DNA of 64,000 bases from Malacoraja senta (Eukaryota): the NCBI GenBank assembly GCA_038087875.1, contig CM075994.1, forward strand, positions 11,782,001 through 11,846,000, read 5' to 3'. Below the pieces are notes generated by a model, which was given only the letters and a program-made list of their open reading frames with translations, was not told where the DNA came from and did not search any database. Both the position numbers and the translations under genes were made by a program. Numbering within the stretch: position 1 is the first letter of the stretch; each line of letters begins with the position of its first letter. Below are positions 48,300 through 61,761 of this stretch, piece by piece.

Positions 48300-51200
48300 A
48301 ACATTCTCTACATGCCTGCACGAGAACAGGGCCTACATTGCAAATTAGCCGTGGTGGAACATGAAGGGGGAAGTCCGAGTCTGTGAAATGGTCTGCAAAA
48401 TCATTCCCCCCCCCCCCTCCTTTGCAAAAGCCTTAAAGTTCCATGATCAGCTTGGAAAGCAGGACATATTGATCCGAGATCAGAGTTGCGGATTAGAAGA
48501 TGTTAGAGGCGATGGATGGTGTATTCGCGGTGGTCTCGCATTATGGTGCTGGTAGATACGGCAACAGGAGAGACCCTACCTGTAAAGGAGGGTGGGGGTT
48601 TAAGTCCAGGGGCAGTCGCAAGTTAAGTTCCTGGGCATACTGCTCAGTCCAAATGAAAGAGCCTTGACATCCACGTGGATTGACCCCATCATTGCCCAAG
48701 CGACCCCCTGCACTCCTAAACAAATGCGAGCATTTCTGAGCCTTGTGAACTTTTATCGCCATTGGATTCCCAACGTCGCACTTTACACCAAACAACTCTG
48801 CCCCTTTCACCCTTTCTGCAGAACAGGTTGCCGCATTCTATGCACTTAAACAGGCCCTTGCCACTGCACCGGCGGTGGGACGACATCTGTACGGCCGACC
48901 TTTCCAGCTCTACATTACTATCTTGGACGATTGTGCGTCCGCAGTCCTCACGCAATACCACGGCGATGTTCAGCGTCCTGTCTCTTACTACTCAGTGAAA
49001 TTGGACCCTGTGGCTCTAGGATTTCTTTCCTCGCCCAGATTCTCCCCGGACTTCACTCTCCATCAGCTCGTCCAGGTTTACACCCAGCATTTCATTGCGG
49101 CATTCCTCACCACCGGACAAACAAGAAGCCTCACGCAGGCCAGACTGGGGACGCTATGAGGACACCTCTTGGCTAATCCCTACCTTTCCCTCCACAATTG
49201 CACCACAATCAACCCGTTCGCCTTCCTCACCTCCACCGGATCATCAGGTGGGGCCACCGCATGATTACCTTCGGCGTAATCAACTGTTGACCACCACACG
49301 CGAGGACTTGTTAGAAGCCCCCCTCCCGGAGGCTGATGCCACATGGTTCGTGGAGGACTCATCTCTTTTCTCGGTCACCGGACAACGACAATCCGGATAT
49401 GCCATCATTCAAGATATGATCTCGGTCATTGAGGGTGCCGCTTTCCAGTCACCCCTTTCTGCACAACAGGCAGCGCTCTTCGCCCTAACCCGAGCATGCA
49501 TCCGCGGTAAGGCCTGCCATTTGAATATCTAAACCGATTCCCAATACACTTTTAGCGTTGACTACAATTTTGGGACGCTGTGGTAGCATCGCAGTTTCCT
49601 CACCTCCTCCGGCACCCCCATTAAGAATGCTGTTTTCACCCACAATTTGTTGCAGGCCCTCGCCCTTCCCGCCAGGCAATAATTAAATGCAGCGCCCATA
49701 CATGAGTCTCGGGCAGATGGGGCTTGTCAGCCTGGGAAGGCAGTACATCTAGGAGAGGGAAAACTCTGATTTAAAACCTCCACTGCCTTGTGGCCATATC
49801 CAGTCATGGAAAGGGCTCCAGGAGTAAACCTCAAGAAAAACCGGAATCGGAGCCCCTAAGGCAGTTCGTCGTTGTGTACAACCTTGCTCTGGCAGCTCCT
49901 GCGTCGGCTCTGGTGCCAAACTGTAATGGCCCTGCTGTTCCCTTGGATCGATCAGCGACGTGGTGAGGGGGGACGTGCTGCATGGGCAACAGCCTGTCCT
50001 CCATATGACATCGCCGAGGCTTGCATCCGACTAGGATGCATCACTCATGGTCAGTCATGACCGAGTACTACTACTGGTGCCTCCGATCCAGTCTCCTAGG
50101 GCAATGCCTTTACCGACACCAAAGCAAAGCCAGCCGCACATAATTCCCTTACAATCATACACCCCCCTTATGATCCCCATAGGCCCACAGTTCATTGTGA
50201 ATAGAACAGCCTTGACAGATATGGGAGAGGTTAGGGCTATGCAGAGGGACGCCTCTGCTGCGCAACATGATTTATGGAAACGAGAGGGATGTGCCATAGA
50301 TTCCCGCACCGATCTTTGGCTCACCCCTCTTGGATAAGTTTGTGTACCTGTCGCCTTCCTGCCTGTCCTCCTTAATTACATCCATTCGCTGACGCACGCT
50401 GGAAAGGAGGGAATGGTGAGAATTGCGAAAGAAACCTGGTGGCATCCGAAGATCTGCCAGGAAGTGTTGAAACAGGCTTCTGAATGTGGAATTCGTAAAC
50501 AAAACAACCCAGGGAAAGAGTTAAAATGACAAAGGGAATGACGCCAATGCCCGGCAGACCCTTCGAGAGTAAACAAATAGATTTTATAGAGCTACCACGG
50601 GCACAGTGTTGTAAGTATTGATTGGTAATTGTGGATTTATTTAGCCGATAGATAGAAGCTCTGCCAACTGTAAATGTTACAGCCGAAGCCACGGTGAGAA
50701 TCATTCTAAGGGAAATTATTCCCCAGTTCGGATTGCCACAACAATCAGCTCTGACAATGGTCACAATTAATGAAGCAAAAATAAATGAAGAGTTCTGCCA
50801 ACATTTTCGCTCCACACCCGGGTGGTGTTAGAGAGGGCCATAGTTGTACAGCAGTTATTTAGTATATTTGTAACATAGTTGTTTGTAAATTTAGTGTCCG
50901 AATAATTTGTTGATTTTGTAATATGGTGGTGGGTGTGTCACCATGGTTTTTCTTTGTATCGTGATAATAATTAAATAAATTATTTTTGGTACAAAAACAA
51001 AAAAATATATATATATTCGCATTAAATAACAATTGCATTGTGTCCACCATCCACAAGCTGCCGGCCTAGTTGAAAGGGTCAATGGAACCCTGACGACAAA
51101 ACTAGCAAAGCTGATGGAGGAGACTGGACTGAATTGGATAAATGTATTCCCATTGGCTCTTTGAGATGAGGGTGACTCTGCGTACTGCCACCGGCTGACA

Positions 51201-51420
51201 CCTGTGGAAGTTGTGTACGGACGGCCGTTGCGAACTCCTTGGGGAGCAGAACGTACTCTAGAGCTTAGCTTCGACCTGCATGCCCTCAGTGATGAACTAA
51301 TAACTTATGTGCAGCAATTAACAAACTCACTATCAGTCTTGCATTCCCAGGGTCGTGAAACACAAAGGGTGACGACTGACAACCCTGAAGAACGAACTGT
51401 GTGGCCGGGTGACTGCGACC
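48300..51420 (+). mobile_element. Degraded class I (epsilon/gamma-like) endogenous retrovirus: RT end, tether, RNase H, integrase
   Basis: VKFLG; PKQMRAFLSLVNFYRHWIP; RPVSYYSVKLDPVALG; DLLEAPLPEADATWFVEDSS; SAQQAALFALTRAC; FLTSSGTPIKN; QIDFIELP; LREIIPQFGLP; HPQAAGLVERVNGTL. The left boundary is approximate. Confidence 0.85.
49701..50075 (+). mobile_element. Short non-coding RTE-related retroposon inserted in ERV RNase H
   Basis: Contains ggcag..tctaggagagggaaaactctgatttaaaacc (RTE 5' UTR-like) and a (tac)n tail; interrupts IKCSAHT|GASDPVS. Confidence 0.6.
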
Positions 51421-52545
51421 CTCAGCCGAATTTGAGATCGGAAGAAGTTATACTGCCTGTGCACAATATAATTGAGTGGGACCGCGAGGAACTGGCAAGT
51501 TTGTGACCATACTTATAGTGGCTCTCCCACTCCCGCTAGTGTAATAAAGTTGTGTCTTTACTATGAGCATCAGTGTCTGACGCCGTTTATTATTCCAGAG
51601 CGCTGGCAAACTGCCTTAGCTGGGTGTGCTAATGATTTCACGCGCAGCATGCCGTGGAAGGAGTCGATGGCATGGTGTTGTGCCAGGCCGACTCCTACTT
51701 CATCAATCCAGTGCTGCCAGGACACTGGCATTCAAGTAAGAAATATCAGAATTGTATGTCTCCTTTGGCCTGCATCAGAATTTTGAGAGACTTGGAAGTT
51801 GCAAAATTGCGCTGGAACATAGCGACTCTCTGTGTGCTGTTCCAGATGAGGATCTATTGTACTCATATATGGAATGACTTGAGGGATAGCATGCGGAACA
51901 AGTATTTCACTGTCACTGTACAAGTGACAAAAAATAACCCTCTGAACCAACCACTGAACTCACTAAAAAAACATAAAACCATTAAGGACAAAGCAACCGT
52001 GCACACAAGGAGCTGCACAAGCTGGACTCTTGAGTATACAGTTTTTGTCAATCGCTTTGACACTAGTTTCAGAACCTTGATGTCATTTTTCACAACTCTA
52101 GATACAAAACTCACAACCAATGATCAAAATGCACTTTTTTCAAAACTCTAACACTTTTTCCAATTTCTTGGATACAATTCACATAAACCAAAGATCATTT
52201 GTCCATTGAACTATAATCACCTGTTCAAAATGACACAACTTAACATCAAAGTATAACCATTTCAAAATGCAATTCACACATTACATTTGAGATGACTGTC
52301 TATTCATTTCATTACAATAATCTAACTATCAATTGATACAACTGCTCAAAATGACAAGTAACTGTTGCATTACTCTTAAAGCATAGTCTTATGGAAACTG
52401 AGGATGAGCATGTTCAGATCATGAAAGTTTCAGGATGACGACAATGATTGACACCACCTGTGACACCAATTTGTTACTGATGATTGATCTGACCTTGTGG
52501 TATGGGTGTAAGTGGCATCCACAACAACATCTGTAGTGATACAAC

Positions 52546-54133
52546 ATGGAGCAGGCAGGTGGGCACCATAGAGGTCAAGTAGGAGAAGGAAGAGGAGGAA
52601 GACGTAGTCAAAGGAATGGCAGGGGACAAACACCCCTTTTGAGAGGTGGCCATGGGCCCCGTTTGAGAGGTGGCCATGGGCCCCGTTTGAGAGGTGGCCA
52701 TGGGCCCCGTTTGAGAGGTGGCCATGGGCCCTGTTTGAGAGGTGTGGGGGAACGGGGTCGAGGACAAGGACCAAGACAGCAACGGCAAAGAGTCTCCAAT
52801 GAGATTAGAGCAATGGTTGTAGATCATGTCATCAATCATGGCATGACAATGATTGAGGCAGCGAGAATGATACAACCAAACCTTAGAAGATCAACCGTGG
52901 CCTCAATCATTAGAACTTTCCGGAATGAGAACCGGTAAGTCTTCAGCATGCACTACAGTAAACATTACAGTACTGTAGGCTACTCTTACTGTAATTGTCA
53001 AATGATTGTACACTGCATGCCAATGTGCAGCACAGAGTAGGTAATGTGACTATGAAAATGTGTTCTACAGTATGATGACATGTTCTTCCTGTCATATTCC
53101 CTACAGAATTGAGACTAGACCCAATAGTGGCGGCAGAGGCAGACTCCTCACTGAGGAACAGGAACGGGCTGTGGTCAACATGGTCCGGGCCAGAAATGAC
53201 ATTCGGCTTAGAGAAATCAGACAGAACATCCTGGACGATGAAGATCTCTTCAGGAATGTGGAAGCCATAAGTTTGCCGACCATTGCACGTGTTCTGAAAA
53301 GGCACCAGATGTCCCTCAAACAGTTGTACCGTGTGCCTTTTGAAAGAAATGCAGACAGAGTGAAGCAACTGAGGATTGAGTATGTTCAGGTATGTTCAGT
53401 TTCATGATGCGTTTGTGAAAAATTCCCCATCATTGTACTGTAATCAATACTGTACAGTAATTCTCTTTCCAACATGTCTTTTTGTACATAGAGGGCGATG
53501 GCCCTGGATGCGGATGACAATCAGCACAAATTTGTTTTTGTGGATGATGCAGGCTTCAACCTGGCCAAGACAAGGAGAGGGCGAAATTTAATTGGCCAGC
53601 GGGCAACCATACAAGTACCTGCACGACGTGGGGCCAACATCAGTACGTGTGCGGCGATATCAGAAGATGGTGTGGTAGGGCGTAGATCTCTGATTGGCGC
53701 ATACAATGCAGAGCTCCTTGTTGCATTTCTTGATGAGCTAACTCTAGTCTGTAGAGCTGTTGGTGTAATTTATGTAATTGTGTGGGACAACGTCAGGTTC
53801 CACCACGCTCATCTGGTGCAGGCATGGTTTCAGGCCCATCCACAGTTCCTCACTGTGTACGTGCCCCCATACCCTCCTTTCCTTAACCCCATTGAGGAAT
53901 TTTTCTCCACATGGAGGTGGAAAGTGTATGATCAGCATCCGCATCAACAAGTGACCCTTCTCCAGGCCATGGACAATGCCTGCGATGACATTACAGCAGA
54001 CCAGTGTCAGGCCTGGATTCGCCATGCGCGAAGGTACTTTCCAAGATGTTTGGCAAACGAAAACATCTATGCGGATGTGGATGAGAACCTGTGGCCCAAT
54101 CCACAAGACAGGGTTGATGGGGATGACGAGTGA
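52546..54133 (+). CDS. Three-exon DD35E transposase, 437 aa (exons 52546-52934, 53107-53389, 53492-54133)
   Basis: GT-AG introns (CG|gtaagt..ctacag|A; CAG|gtatgt..acatag|AGG) join the three ORFs in frame without stops; HTH region; FVDDAGF, VWDNVRFH, FLNPIEEFF with 35 residues between D and E. Confidence 0.88.
52639..52745 (+). repeat. 24-bp coding minisatellite (LRGGHGPR x4+)
   Basis: ttgagaggtggccatgggccccgt repeated. Confidence 0.92.
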
Positions 54134-54184
54134 TTGTTGATCCTTTGTTTAGCTTTTTTTTCATACTAAACTTTCTTTTCTAGT

Positions 54185-56310
54185 AAACCAGAAAAGAAAG
54201 TGATAAGGACATGGACAAATGAACATCAGGAACAACTGAAAGCCTGTTTTGAATTGACAGACTGGGAAACCTTTCAGGAGGGTTCACTAGATGAAATAAC
54301 TATAGTTACAAACGATTATATTGATTTTTGTGTACAGTTGGTTGTCCCCACTAAGGAGATTAAAATCTATCCCAACAATAAATCATATGTAACTACGGAC
54401 ATAAAAAAAAGTTATAAATACAAGGAAAGTGGCTTTAAAAAACAAAGATTCTGGGGCACTTAAACAGACAGAAAAATTACTGAAAATAAGATTGAGGGAA
54501 GTAAAATTGGCGCACAGACAGTATCTAGAAGATGCTTTCAGATCCAATAATTATAAAAAGGTGTGGGATACAATGAAATCTATGACAGGAATGTCAACCC
54601 CATCTAAATCTATTGTGACAGATAACAAACTTTCTCTTTCCAACGAACTCAACACTTTTTTTGCCAGATTTGAATCTCTAGTTAATTCTACTAAGTGTAC
54701 CGACATCCTTAAATCTGTTATACCTGCTGACTCTGACAGAATTGTCATCACTGTAGAGGATGTCAGGAAAACATTTCAGTGTACAAATACAAAGAAAGCT
54801 GCTGGGCCGGATGGATGCAGCGCTTTTCTCTTGAGGAACTTTGCAACACAGCTGGCTGCAGTGAGGCACCAAATCTTTTAGGCTTCTGTGGACACACACA
54901 CTGTCCCTCTGTCATAGAAAACGTCGCATATAAAACCTTTGCCCAAGATTCCATGTCTTAAAGAACATAAGGATTTCAGACCCATAGCCCTTACCTCGGT
55001 GATTATGAAATCTCTAGAAAGAATTTTGCTCCGACATTTCATCAGTACAACAAACAATAAACTCGATCCATATCAATTTGCCTATAAGCAGGGCTGTGGC
55101 ACGGAAGACGCTGTTGCCTCCTTAGTTCATATTATTTCTAAACATTTAGACAAACCCAACACCTATGCGAGAGCCCTCTTTCTAGATTTTCCATCAGCTT
55201 TCAACACAATACAAGCAGACATTTTGGTGTCAAAAATGGTCCAGCAAGAACTGAATCCCTATCTGATTCATTGGGATGCTTCCTTTCTTACTAACAGAGT
55301 ACAGATTGTAAAGGTGAATAAAACCCTTTCATCTGCCATCACAACCAATGTCGGGGGCCCCCAGGGTTGTGTGAGTTCAACTATGCTTTTTACCATTTAC
55401 GCTGATGATTGTCGTACAGATACACTGAATCAATATATTCTAAAGTACTCAGATGATACAGTTCCATTTTCTCTGTTAAGTAACTCAGACAACCCTGGAC
55501 TGCACCAACTCGGCGTGAACAAACTGGTCAAGTGGACTGATAATAATGCTCTTGAGATTAACACAAAGAAAACGGAATAGATTTTATTTGGCTCACCATC
55601 TGACTCATAAAGTTTCTCGTTATCCATTATGAAAAAATCAAGCAGGTATTTTCATTTAAATATTTGGGGGTAACGATAGACCATCAGTTATCATGGAATG
55701 ACCACATTGATAAGATTTGCAATAAGACAAAACAAAGAATCTGGTTTCTCCGCCGACTTAGATCTTTCAGAGCAAGTAGACAAATCCTTTTATTATTTTT
55801 TACCGCTGTGATAATGAGTGTTTTACAGTACTGTAACACTACATGGTACAAGAGTTGTCTGCTACTTCAAAATCAAAGCTGCTCCAACAGTTAAAAATCT
55901 GCTCGAAGATTGTAGGTCAACCACTTCAGAAATTGTATGAATCATCCTACCATTAAAACATGCTAAGGATGGCCAACAACATTTCTTCTGACCCCAACCA
56001 TGTTCTGAACAGTGAGTACAATTTGTTACCATCAAACCGGAGATAAAGGGTTCTAAAATATAATAAGGTTAGACTGAAGCACTCTTTTGTGCACCAGTCA
56101 ATCCTCGAACTAAATACGGTGCTTAATCCCAGATCAAATGTACGCTGATGGGCCTTAAATGTTGTCTTCTGTTATTGCAATGTGATGTTAAATGTATGTA
56201 TTTTTGGGTCCTGTCTTGATGTCTTACAGGTTGTCTTGGAGCTGATGCGATGCAAAACAAATTTCAGACTTGCTCTGACAATAATGTAACATTGTATCGT
56301 AACGTACCGT
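54185..56310 (+). mobile_element. 5'-truncated Rex1/Babar LINE
   Basis: LKACFELTDW, YPNNK, KAAGPDG, DFRPIALTS..MKSLER, LDPYQFAY, YSDD, QRIWFLRRL; tail caaatttc..gacaataatg with microsatellite-like end. Confidence 0.88.
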
Positions 56311-56311
56311 A

Positions 56312-56510
56312 TGCCATGATGGCATATTCACAAATGTACTATTGGTGGCCAGGGTTGATATCAGAGGTGAAAAAATACCTTATACAATGTTAAACACTGT
56401 TTATTGACAAATTCAAATCCAGTTACCAGGGCACTGCCCCTGGTCAAAATTAAACCTAATCGTCCTTTTGATTTAATTTATTTGGACTTTATAGGTCCCT
56501 TGCCAAACCA
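56312..56510 (+). pseudogene. Retroviral integrase fragment, foamy-virus (spumaretrovirus)-like
   Basis: With one +1 frameshift it reads YYWWPGLISEVKKYLIQC/KHCLLTNSNPVTRALPLVKIKPNRPFDLIYLDFIGPLPN (zinc-binding end and first catalytic Asp). Confidence 0.7.
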
Positions 56511-57056
56511 GCATCTGCAGTTTCTCTTACACATTTTGTCCACTCCACTGCGAAATCTCCTCAAGGTATGTCTACTTTGAAGAAGTTTTCCTCCTCTGTC
56601 TGATGAGAGTTCAGCAACATCCTCTCTCACTGCTCCCCTTCTGTGATTCCTCCTTCCCTCCGACTCTACGACCACATTTAACCCAGACCCGTTAACACAG
56701 CCACGTTTATTCTGTCCTCTGCTTGAATTCATGTGCAATAGCGCCATCTGTTGGACCTTTATTGTGAAATGGCCATTGCACACAGGAAGTAGGAAGAAGG
56801 AAGCAGGAAGTAGTCTCCTGTCTTTTGTTTGCCTGCCATGCATTAACATCTGAAGCAATCCTTTCCAATCCTGGCTTGTTACGCTTCAGAAAGCAATGGC
56901 TGCAAGTTCATTGTGTTTACTTTATGCTTAGAATCCTATATTGAAGAGTATTTATGACGGATGATGTTTAACTCCATAGCATTTGTGAATGTTCACTTTT
57001 CCGGAATACATAAAACACCAAGGCAAGAAGGCAACTGACTGGCTGTGCTGCTTCCA

Positions 57057-57551
57057 AGGTTCACCAGACTGATTCCTGGGATGTCAGGACTTTCATATGA
57101 AGAAAGACTGGATAGACTTGGCTTATACTCGCTAGAATTTAGGAGATTGAGAGGGGTCTTATAGAAACGTACAAAATTCTTATGGGGTTGGACGGGCTAG
57201 ATGCAGGAAGATTGTTCCCGATGTTGGGGAAGTCAAGGACAAGGGGTCACAGCTTAAGGATAAGGGGGAAATCCTTTAAGACCGAGATGAGAAAAAACTT
57301 TTTCACACAGAGAGTGGTGAATCTCTGGAACTCTCTGCCACAGAGGGTAGTTGAGGCCAGTTCATTGGCTATATTTAAGAGGGAGTTAGATGTGGCCCTT
57401 GTGGCTAAAGGGATCAGGGGGTATGGAGAGAAGGCAGGTACGGTATACTGAGTTGGATGATCAGCCATGATCATATTGAATGGCGGTGCAGGCTCGAAGG
57501 GCCGAATGGTCTACTCCTGCACCTATTTTCTATGTATCTATGTATCTATGT
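57057..57551 (+). mobile_element. CR1 3' fragment (same young family as the others)
   Basis: RFTRLIPGM...QRVVNLWNSLPQ; (tatgtatc)n tail. Confidence 0.92.
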
Positions 57552-58866
57552 GTTTCCGCTGCCACATCCAAAGATATGGCGCCGTGCCAAGGTGATCGCT
57601 CTGCCGAAGCCAAACAAGCCTAGCGATGACCCCAAGGGATACCGACCCATCTCACTGCTGTGTGTTCCATACAAGCTCCTGGAACGTCTCCTCCACACAC
57701 GTCTCAATCCAGAGATCCATCCCCAGCCGCCTAAAGAACAGGCTGGCTTCTGAAGCGGTAGGTCAATGACAGACCATGTGACCCTCCTGTGCCAAGACAG
57801 ATGACAGCTTCCAGGCAGGGGAGAAGGCAGGCGCTGTCTTCTTGGACCTGCATATGATACTGTCTGGCTGCGTCGACTACACATGAAGCTTCTGGAAACC
57901 ATCCCAGCCAATCACATGGTGAGCTTCATCATGGAGATGCTGAGCAACCGCAGCTTCAGGCTATACACCAGCAACGGGCAATGCAGCAGGGTGAGGAAAC
58001 TTAAGAACGGCGTCCCACAGGGCTCAGTGCTGGCACCAATGCTTTTCAATATCTATATCCATGACCTGCCTGCAACCCAATCAAAGAAGTATGGCTATGC
58101 TGATGATCTGGCCATCCTACTCAGTAAGCCATCCTGGGAAGCAGCAGAAGAGGGCCTCTCTGAAGACATGAACATCCTGCCTTCATACCTGAGGAACTGG
58201 CGACTTAAGCTCAGCATGGGTAAGACAACATCTTCAATGTTCCACCTCAACAACAGGGAAGCGACCCGCGAGATGAACGTCACGGTGGATAACGCCCGGT
58301 TACGGTCCCAGCCTGTCCCCACGTAACTCGGTGTGAAGCTCGACAGAACGTTGTCATTCAAACACCTGGAAGGTGCGAAGGCAAAGACAAGCGCCCGTGC
58401 CGCACTGATACGCCGTCTAGCCGGCACCACATGGGGAGCCACGACGAAGACACTGCGCATGGCCACAATGGCCCTGGTGTTCTCAGCCGCCGAGTACTGC
58501 GCCCCGGTCTGGTGCCGTAGCCCTCACGTCAAGAAGCTGGATGCTGCCATCAACAGCACCCTGCGGACTGTCTCCGGATGCCTAAGAGCCGCCCCACTAA
58601 ACCAACTGCCCGTCCTCGATTGCATCGCCCCAACCAACATCAGATGAGAAGCAGCCACGCTGGCCCTCTCTCGAAAGGCACAGACCAATGAATCCCACCT
58701 CCTCCATCAGATTGTCACAGAGACACCACGACGAGTGTGCCTCAAGTCACGGCACCCCTTTAACACCGGCTGACGCTTCTAAGGCTGCCTGGGTCAAGAC
58801 GAGATGGAGAGACCAGTGGAAGTCAGCGGAACCATCTAGGCTACACCAGTACATCAATGACCCCAT
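57552..58866 (+). mobile_element. Second Vingi-like LINE fragment, from a different family than 2143-3420
   Basis: YRPISLLCVPYKLLER, NGVPQGSVLAP, YADD, KLDRTLSF, WGATTKTLR..AEYCAPVW. Confidence 0.82.
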
Positions 58867-61747
58867 GGGCCACTTTTCAACATAATTGTAAAAGGGGAAA
58901 GAGCGTTGTAAAAACAAGCCTGAAGGCTTTGTGTCTCAATGCAAGGAGCATTCGTAATAAGGTGGATGAGTTGAACGTGCAGATAGCTATTAATGATTAT
59001 GATATAGTTGGGATCACGGAGACATGGCTCCAGGGTGACCAAGGCTGGGAGCTGAACATCCAGGGATATTCAATATTCAGGAGAGATAGAGAGAAAGGAA
59101 AAGGAGGTGGGGTAGCGTTGCTGGTTAGAGAGGAGATTAACGCAGTGGAAAGGAAGGACATTAGCTTGGAGGATGTGGAATCGGTATGGGTAGAGCTGCG
59201 AAACACTAAGGGGCAGAAAACGCTGGTGGGTGTTGTGTACAGGCCGCCTAACAGTAGTAGTGAAGTTGGGGATGGCATCAAACAGGAAATTAGAAATGCG
59301 TGCAACAAAGGCAAAACAGTTATAATGGGTGACTTCAATCTACATATAGATTGGGTGAATCAAATTGGCAGGGGTGCTGAGGAAGAGGATTTCTTGGAAT
59401 GTATGCGGGATAGTTATCTAAACCAACATGTAGAGGAACCAACGAGAGAGCAGGCTATTCTAGACTGGGTATTGAGTAATGAGGAAGGGTTAGTTAGCAG
59501 TCTTGTTGTGCGTGCCCCCTTGGGCAAGAGGGACCATAATATGGTTGAGTTCTTCATTAGGATGGAGAGTGACATTGTTAATTCAGAAACAATGGTTCTG
59601 AACTTAAAGAAAGGTAACTTTGAGGGTATGAGACGTGAATTGGCCAAGATTGACTGGCAATTAGTTCTAAAAAGGGTTGACGGTGGATATGCAATGGAAG
59701 GCATTTAAAGACTGCATGGATGAACTACAAAAATTGTTCATCCCAGTTTGGCAAAAGAATAAATCAGGGAAGGTAGTGCATCCGTGGATAACAAGCGAAA
59801 TCAGGGATAGTATCAAAGCAAAAGATGATGCGTACAAATTAGACAGAAAAAGCAGCATATCAGAGGACTGGGAGAAATTCAGACACCAGCGGAGGAGGAC
59901 AAAGGGCTTAATTAGGAAAGGGAAAATAGATTATGAAAGTAAACTGGCAGGGAACATAAAACTGACTGCAAAAGTTTTTATAGATATGTGAAGAGCAAGA
60001 GATTAGTTAAACAAATGTAGGTCCCTTGCAGTCAGAAACAGGTGAATTGATCATGGAGAACAAGGATATGGCGGACCAATGAATAACTATTTTGGTTCCG
60101 TCTTCACTAAGGAAGCCATAAATAATCTGCCGGAAATAGCAGGGGACCGCGGGTCAAAGGAGATGGAGGAACTGAGTGAAATCCAGGTTAGTCGGGTAGT
60201 GGTGTTGGGTAAATTGAATGGATTAAAGGCCGATAAATCACCAGGGCCAGATAGGCTGCATCCAGAGTACTTAAGGAAGTACCTCCAGAAATAGTGGATG
60301 CATTAGTGATAATTTTTCAAAACTCTTTGGATTCTGGAGTAGTTCCTGAGGATTGGAGGGTAGCAAACGTAACCCCACTTTTTAAGAAGGGAGGGAGAGA
60401 GAAAACGGGGGAATTACAGACCAGTTAGTCTAACATCGGTAGTGGGGAAACTGCTAGAGTCAGTTATTAAAGATGGGATAGCAGCACATTTGGAAAGTGG
60501 TGAAATCATTGGACAAAGTCAGCACGGATTTACGAAAGGTAAATCATGTCTGACGAATCTTATAGAATTTTCAGAAGGCTTTCGACATGGTCCCACATAA
60601 GAGATAGTATACAAACTTAAAGCACACGGTATTGGGGGTTCAGTATTGATGTGGATAGAGAACTGGCTGGCAAACAGGAAGCAAAGAGAGGTCCTTTTCA
60701 CAATGGCAGGCAGTGACTAGTGGGGTACCGCAAGGCTCAGTGCTGGGACCCCAGCTATTTACATATATTATATTAATGAACTGTATGAGGGAATTGAAGG
60801 CAACATCTCCAAGTTTGCGGATGACACTAAGCTGGGGGGCAGTGTTAGCTGTGAGGAGGATGCTAGGAGACTGCAAGGTGACTTGGATAGGCTGGGTGAG
60901 TGGGCAAATGTTTGGCAGATGCAGTATAATGTGGATAAATTTGAGGTTATCCACTTTGGTGGCAAAAACAGGAAAGCAGACTATTATCTAAATGGTGGCC
61001 GATTAGGAAAAGGGGGAGACGCAGCGAGACCTGGGTGTCATGGTACACCAGTCATTGAAAGTAGGCATGCAGGTGCAGCAGGCAGTGAAGAAAGCGAATG
61101 GTATGTTAGCTTCATAGGCAAAAGGATTTGAGTATAGGAGCAGGGAGGTTCTACTGCAGTTGTACAGGGTCTTGGTGAGACCACACCTGGAGTATTGCGT
61201 ACAGTTTTGGTCTCCAAATCTGAGGAAGGACATTATTGCCATAGAGGGAGTGCAGAGAAGGTTCACCAGACTGATTCCTGGGATGTCAGGACTTTCATAT
61301 GAAGAAAGAATGGATAGACTCGGCATATACTCGCTAGAATTTAGGAGATTCAGAGGGGATCTTATAGAAACTTACAAAATTCTTATGGGGTTGGACAGGC
61401 TAGATGCAGGAAGATTGTTCCCGATGTTGGGAAGTCCAGGATAAGGGGTCTCAGCTTAAGGATAAGGGGGAAATCCGTTAAGACCGAGATGAGAAAAGCA
61501 TTTTTCACACAGAGAGTGATGAATCTCTGGAACTCTCTGCCACAGAGGGTAGTTGAGGCCCAGTTCATTGTCTATATTTAAGAGGGAGTTAGATGTGGCC
61601 CTTGTGGCTAAAGGGATCAGGGGGTATGGAGAGAAGGCAGGTACGGGATACTGAGTTGGATGATCAGCCATGATCATATTGAATGGCGGTGCAGGCTCGA
61701 AGGGCCGAATGGCCTACTCCTGCACCTATTTTCTATGTATCTATGTA
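58867..61747 (+). mobile_element. 5'-truncated CR1 with nearly whole ORF2 (frameshifted, small deletions)
   Basis: LNARSIRNK, GITETW, GDFN, GVPQGSVLGP, FADD, RPHLEYCVQFW; tail ctatgtatctatgta. Confidence 0.93.
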
Positions 61748-61761
61748 AAAGACATATGACA

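Larger units (their letters stand above)
51920..54180 (+). mobile_element. IS630/Tc1-mariner DNA transposon (DD35E), right end missing
   Basis: Transposase gene preceded by an A-rich subterminal region; 3' side abuts Rex1; TIRs not resolved, so boundaries are approximate. Confidence 0.75.

Noticed and set aside
51510..51870. Cys-rich short ORFs as ERV env or a host exon (faint DZF-like IRILRDL)
   Set aside because: No furin site, CX6CC, transmembrane segment or convincing splice sites; cannot be supported.
56590..56640. ctgatgag as a second hammerhead ribozyme
   Set aside because: No downstream stem II plus GAAA box found.
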